64,000 nt of DNA from an uncultured Coriobacteriales bacterium (GTDB taxonomy: Bacteria; Actinomycetota; Coriobacteriia; Coriobacteriales; UMGS124): contig CAKUAI010000004.1 of assembly GCA_934636245.1 (NCBI GenBank), positions 131,923-195,922 on the forward strand, written 5' to 3'. The position numbers and the translations under genes were made by a program. This document shows positions 60,515 through 64,000 of the stretch, in pieces (within the stretch, counting starts at the first letter, position 1; the number at the start of each line of letters is the position of its first letter). The notes beneath the pieces were generated by a model, which was not told where the DNA came from, searched no databases, and saw only the letters and a list, made by a program, of their open reading frames with translations.

Positions 60515-61786
60515 CTACTCGGCAGCCTTCTCCTGAGACTCGCAAGCCTCAGGTGCAGGGGCCTCGGCCGCAGTCTCCTCAACGACGGGAGCCTCGGGTG
60601 CGGGCTGCTCGGCGACGGGAGCAGCCTGGGGAGTCTCGACAGCGGGCGTCTCAGCGGCGGACGTCTCGACAGCAGGCGTCTCGACGGCGGGCGCCTCAGC
60701 GGCGGGGGCAGCCTCGGCAGCGGCCTCAGCAGCCGGAGAGATGACCTTCAGCGGCACGTTCTCGGTGGCGCTCACCGGCTGCAGGTGCACCTCGACCTCG
60801 AGGTCGTGCTCGGTGAGGTCGACGACCTCGGTGAACGACTTGCGGCTGGGAGCGGTGACCTTGAGGGTGTACTTGTCCTTGCCGGCGCCGATGACGGCGA
60901 GACCGTCGGAGCCGGTGCTGGCAAACTGGGCCTTGCCCGTGCCCTCGACAGGCTTGAGCTCGCAACGGGCGCTGCGCTGGGGCTTGCCCGTCTTGTCGTC
61001 GATGACGCAGATCTTGAAGTTGCGCTCCGGTGGGATGCGCGCGACAAAGCTGAACTTGTGCGAGGCGCGCTCGTGGGGCGTGTCCATGCCTTCGGGGATG
61101 AAGCGCGCCTCCCAGCGATGCAGCTTGGCGTCCATGGGCGCAACGGCGGTGAGCTTGTCCCACCAAAGGGTCTCGCGCGGCGCCTCGGGCTCATGGAGCT
61201 TGCCCTCGGCGACAACCTTCTCGTCAGCGTCGACGATCTGAATCTTCTGGCCACCCAGGGCACAGCCGCTCGAGCAGCTCACACCGACGCACACCTCGAT
61301 GGGCTGGCCAACCCACACGGGCGCGGTGACGCCCCACGTGGAGACGGCGACATGGTGAGGCTCGACGGTGAACTCGAGGAGCATGTCGCGCTCCTCGTGC
61401 GGGTTCTTGAACGCGGGGCCGCCGTCCTCGGGCATCGGGAGCACGCGAGGCTCGTAGTGCACGACGTACTGGTACTTGCCGGGCTCGGCGGGCATGGTGA
61501 GCGGAATCGCCTCGCTCACGGCAAGCTCGCCTTCCTGCGTGACGAACTGCACGTCGGCGACGTTCTCACCCAGGATGGTGGAGAGGTTCAGCTTGTCGCC
61601 CACCAGGTCGCAGCCGCTTTCGCAGGTGCCAAAGACGACGAGCGAGCACGAGTCGCCGACATAGAGCTTCTCGGGCACGCCGTCGATGTCGAAGAACACC
61701 TCGTGGCCCTGGCCATCGAGCTTGGTGGGTATCTTTTCTTCCTTCAGGCCCTTGACGTCGACCTCGGCCTGCTTGCCGTCTGCCAT
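60515..61786 (-). CDS. Uncharacterised protein: duplicated Cys-motif beta-rich module, CarboxypepD_reg-like segment, A/E/P/T/V-rich repeat tail
   Basis: AAGGAGGAG lies 6 nt before the ATG at 61786 (MADGKQAEV...). There is no signal peptide and no TM helix. Coding is supported by length, the strong RBS and the flanking terminator. No family assignment is possible by eye. Confidence 0.7.
   Translation of the reverse strand: MADGKQAEVDVKGLKEEKIPTKLDGQGHEVFFDIDGVPEKLYVGDSCSLVVFGTCESGCDLVGDKLNLSTILGENVADVQFVTQEGELAVSEAIPLTMPAEPGKYQYVVHYEPRVLPMPEDGGPAFKNPHEERDMLLEFTVEPHHVAVSTWGVTAPVWVGQPIEVCVGVSCSSGCALGGQKIQIVDADEKVVAEGKLHEPEAPRETLWWDKLTAVAPMDAKLHRWEARFIPEGMDTPHERASHKFSFVARIPPERNFKICVIDDKTGKPQRSARCELKPVEGTGKAQFASTGSDGLAVIGAGKDKYTLKVTAPSRKSFTEVVDLTEHDLEVEVHLQPVSATENVPLKVISPAAEAAAEAAPAAEAPAVETPAVETSAAETPAVETPQAAPVAEQPAPEAPVVEETAAEAPAPEACESQEKAAE
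60632..60706. repeat. Five imperfect 15-bp tandem repeats (in-frame, encode P-A-V-E-T-like pentapeptides)
   Basis: The five units in order are GTCTCGACAGCGGGC, GTCTCAGCGGCGGAC, GTCTCGACAGCAGGC, GTCTCGACGGCGGGC and GCCTCAGCGGCGGGG, at 60632-60706. Confidence 0.7.
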
Positions 61787-61842
61787 ATACAGCTCCTCCT
61801 TGAATCGCGTATGCGCGGACTCGTGAACCAATGCCTACAAGG

Positions 61843-63999
<2,157 letters not shown>

Positions 64000-64000
64000 C

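Overview
This window is a high-GC, densely packed core-chromosome segment with about 60 protein genes and one tRNA. From about 9.7 kb onward almost every gene is on the minus strand, and many stop/start junctions overlap. The content is housekeeping. RNA metabolism: rny, rnj, pnp, miaB, miaA, rimO, mtaB, dus, cca, rpsO, rpsT, efp, lepA, alaS, trpS. DNA repair and replication: lexA, recA, recX, ftsK, rarA, ligA, ruvX, nrdR. Envelope: murB, mltG, a DD-carboxypeptidase, three NlpC/P60 hydrolases and two CDP-alcohol phosphatidyltransferases. Chaperones: dnaJ plus a J-protein paralog. Also present are iorAB and a sigma/anti-sigma pair. The gene order mixes two patterns. Actinobacterial-type blocks include lexA-LysM-nrdR, ftsK...pgsA-cinA-recA-recX, pgsA2-like...garA-like-ftsR-like, and rarA...alaS-ruvX-mltG...aroK-pepP-efp. 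A Firmicutes-type block runs rpsT-lepA-hemW-...-dnaJ-...-mtaB, and both RNase Y and RNase J are present. I infer a Coriobacteriia-like actinobacterium, but this is not proven. I found no mobile elements, CRISPR arrays, rRNA, toxin-antitoxin modules or recognisable defence islands, so I cannot point to an obvious novel system. The best candidates for unexplained biology are individual genes or small modules inside conserved synteny. They are an orphan GHKL ATPase overlapping rny, a membrane-anchored DnaJ paralog in the slot where hrcA(-grpE-dnaK) normally sits, and a DUF948 / degenerate RsbW-like / SigB-F-type sigma module inserted upstream of alaS. Further candidates are a pgsA-cinA gene fusion, a tandem triplet of coiled-coil NlpC/P60 hydrolases with repeat-built linkers, and a 423-aa uncharacterised protein with a duplicated Cys-motif module and a 15-bp tandem repeat tail. 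Many ORF-track starts are upstream extensions. I re-called starts where an in-frame start codon with a Shine-Dalgarno-like purine run was visible.
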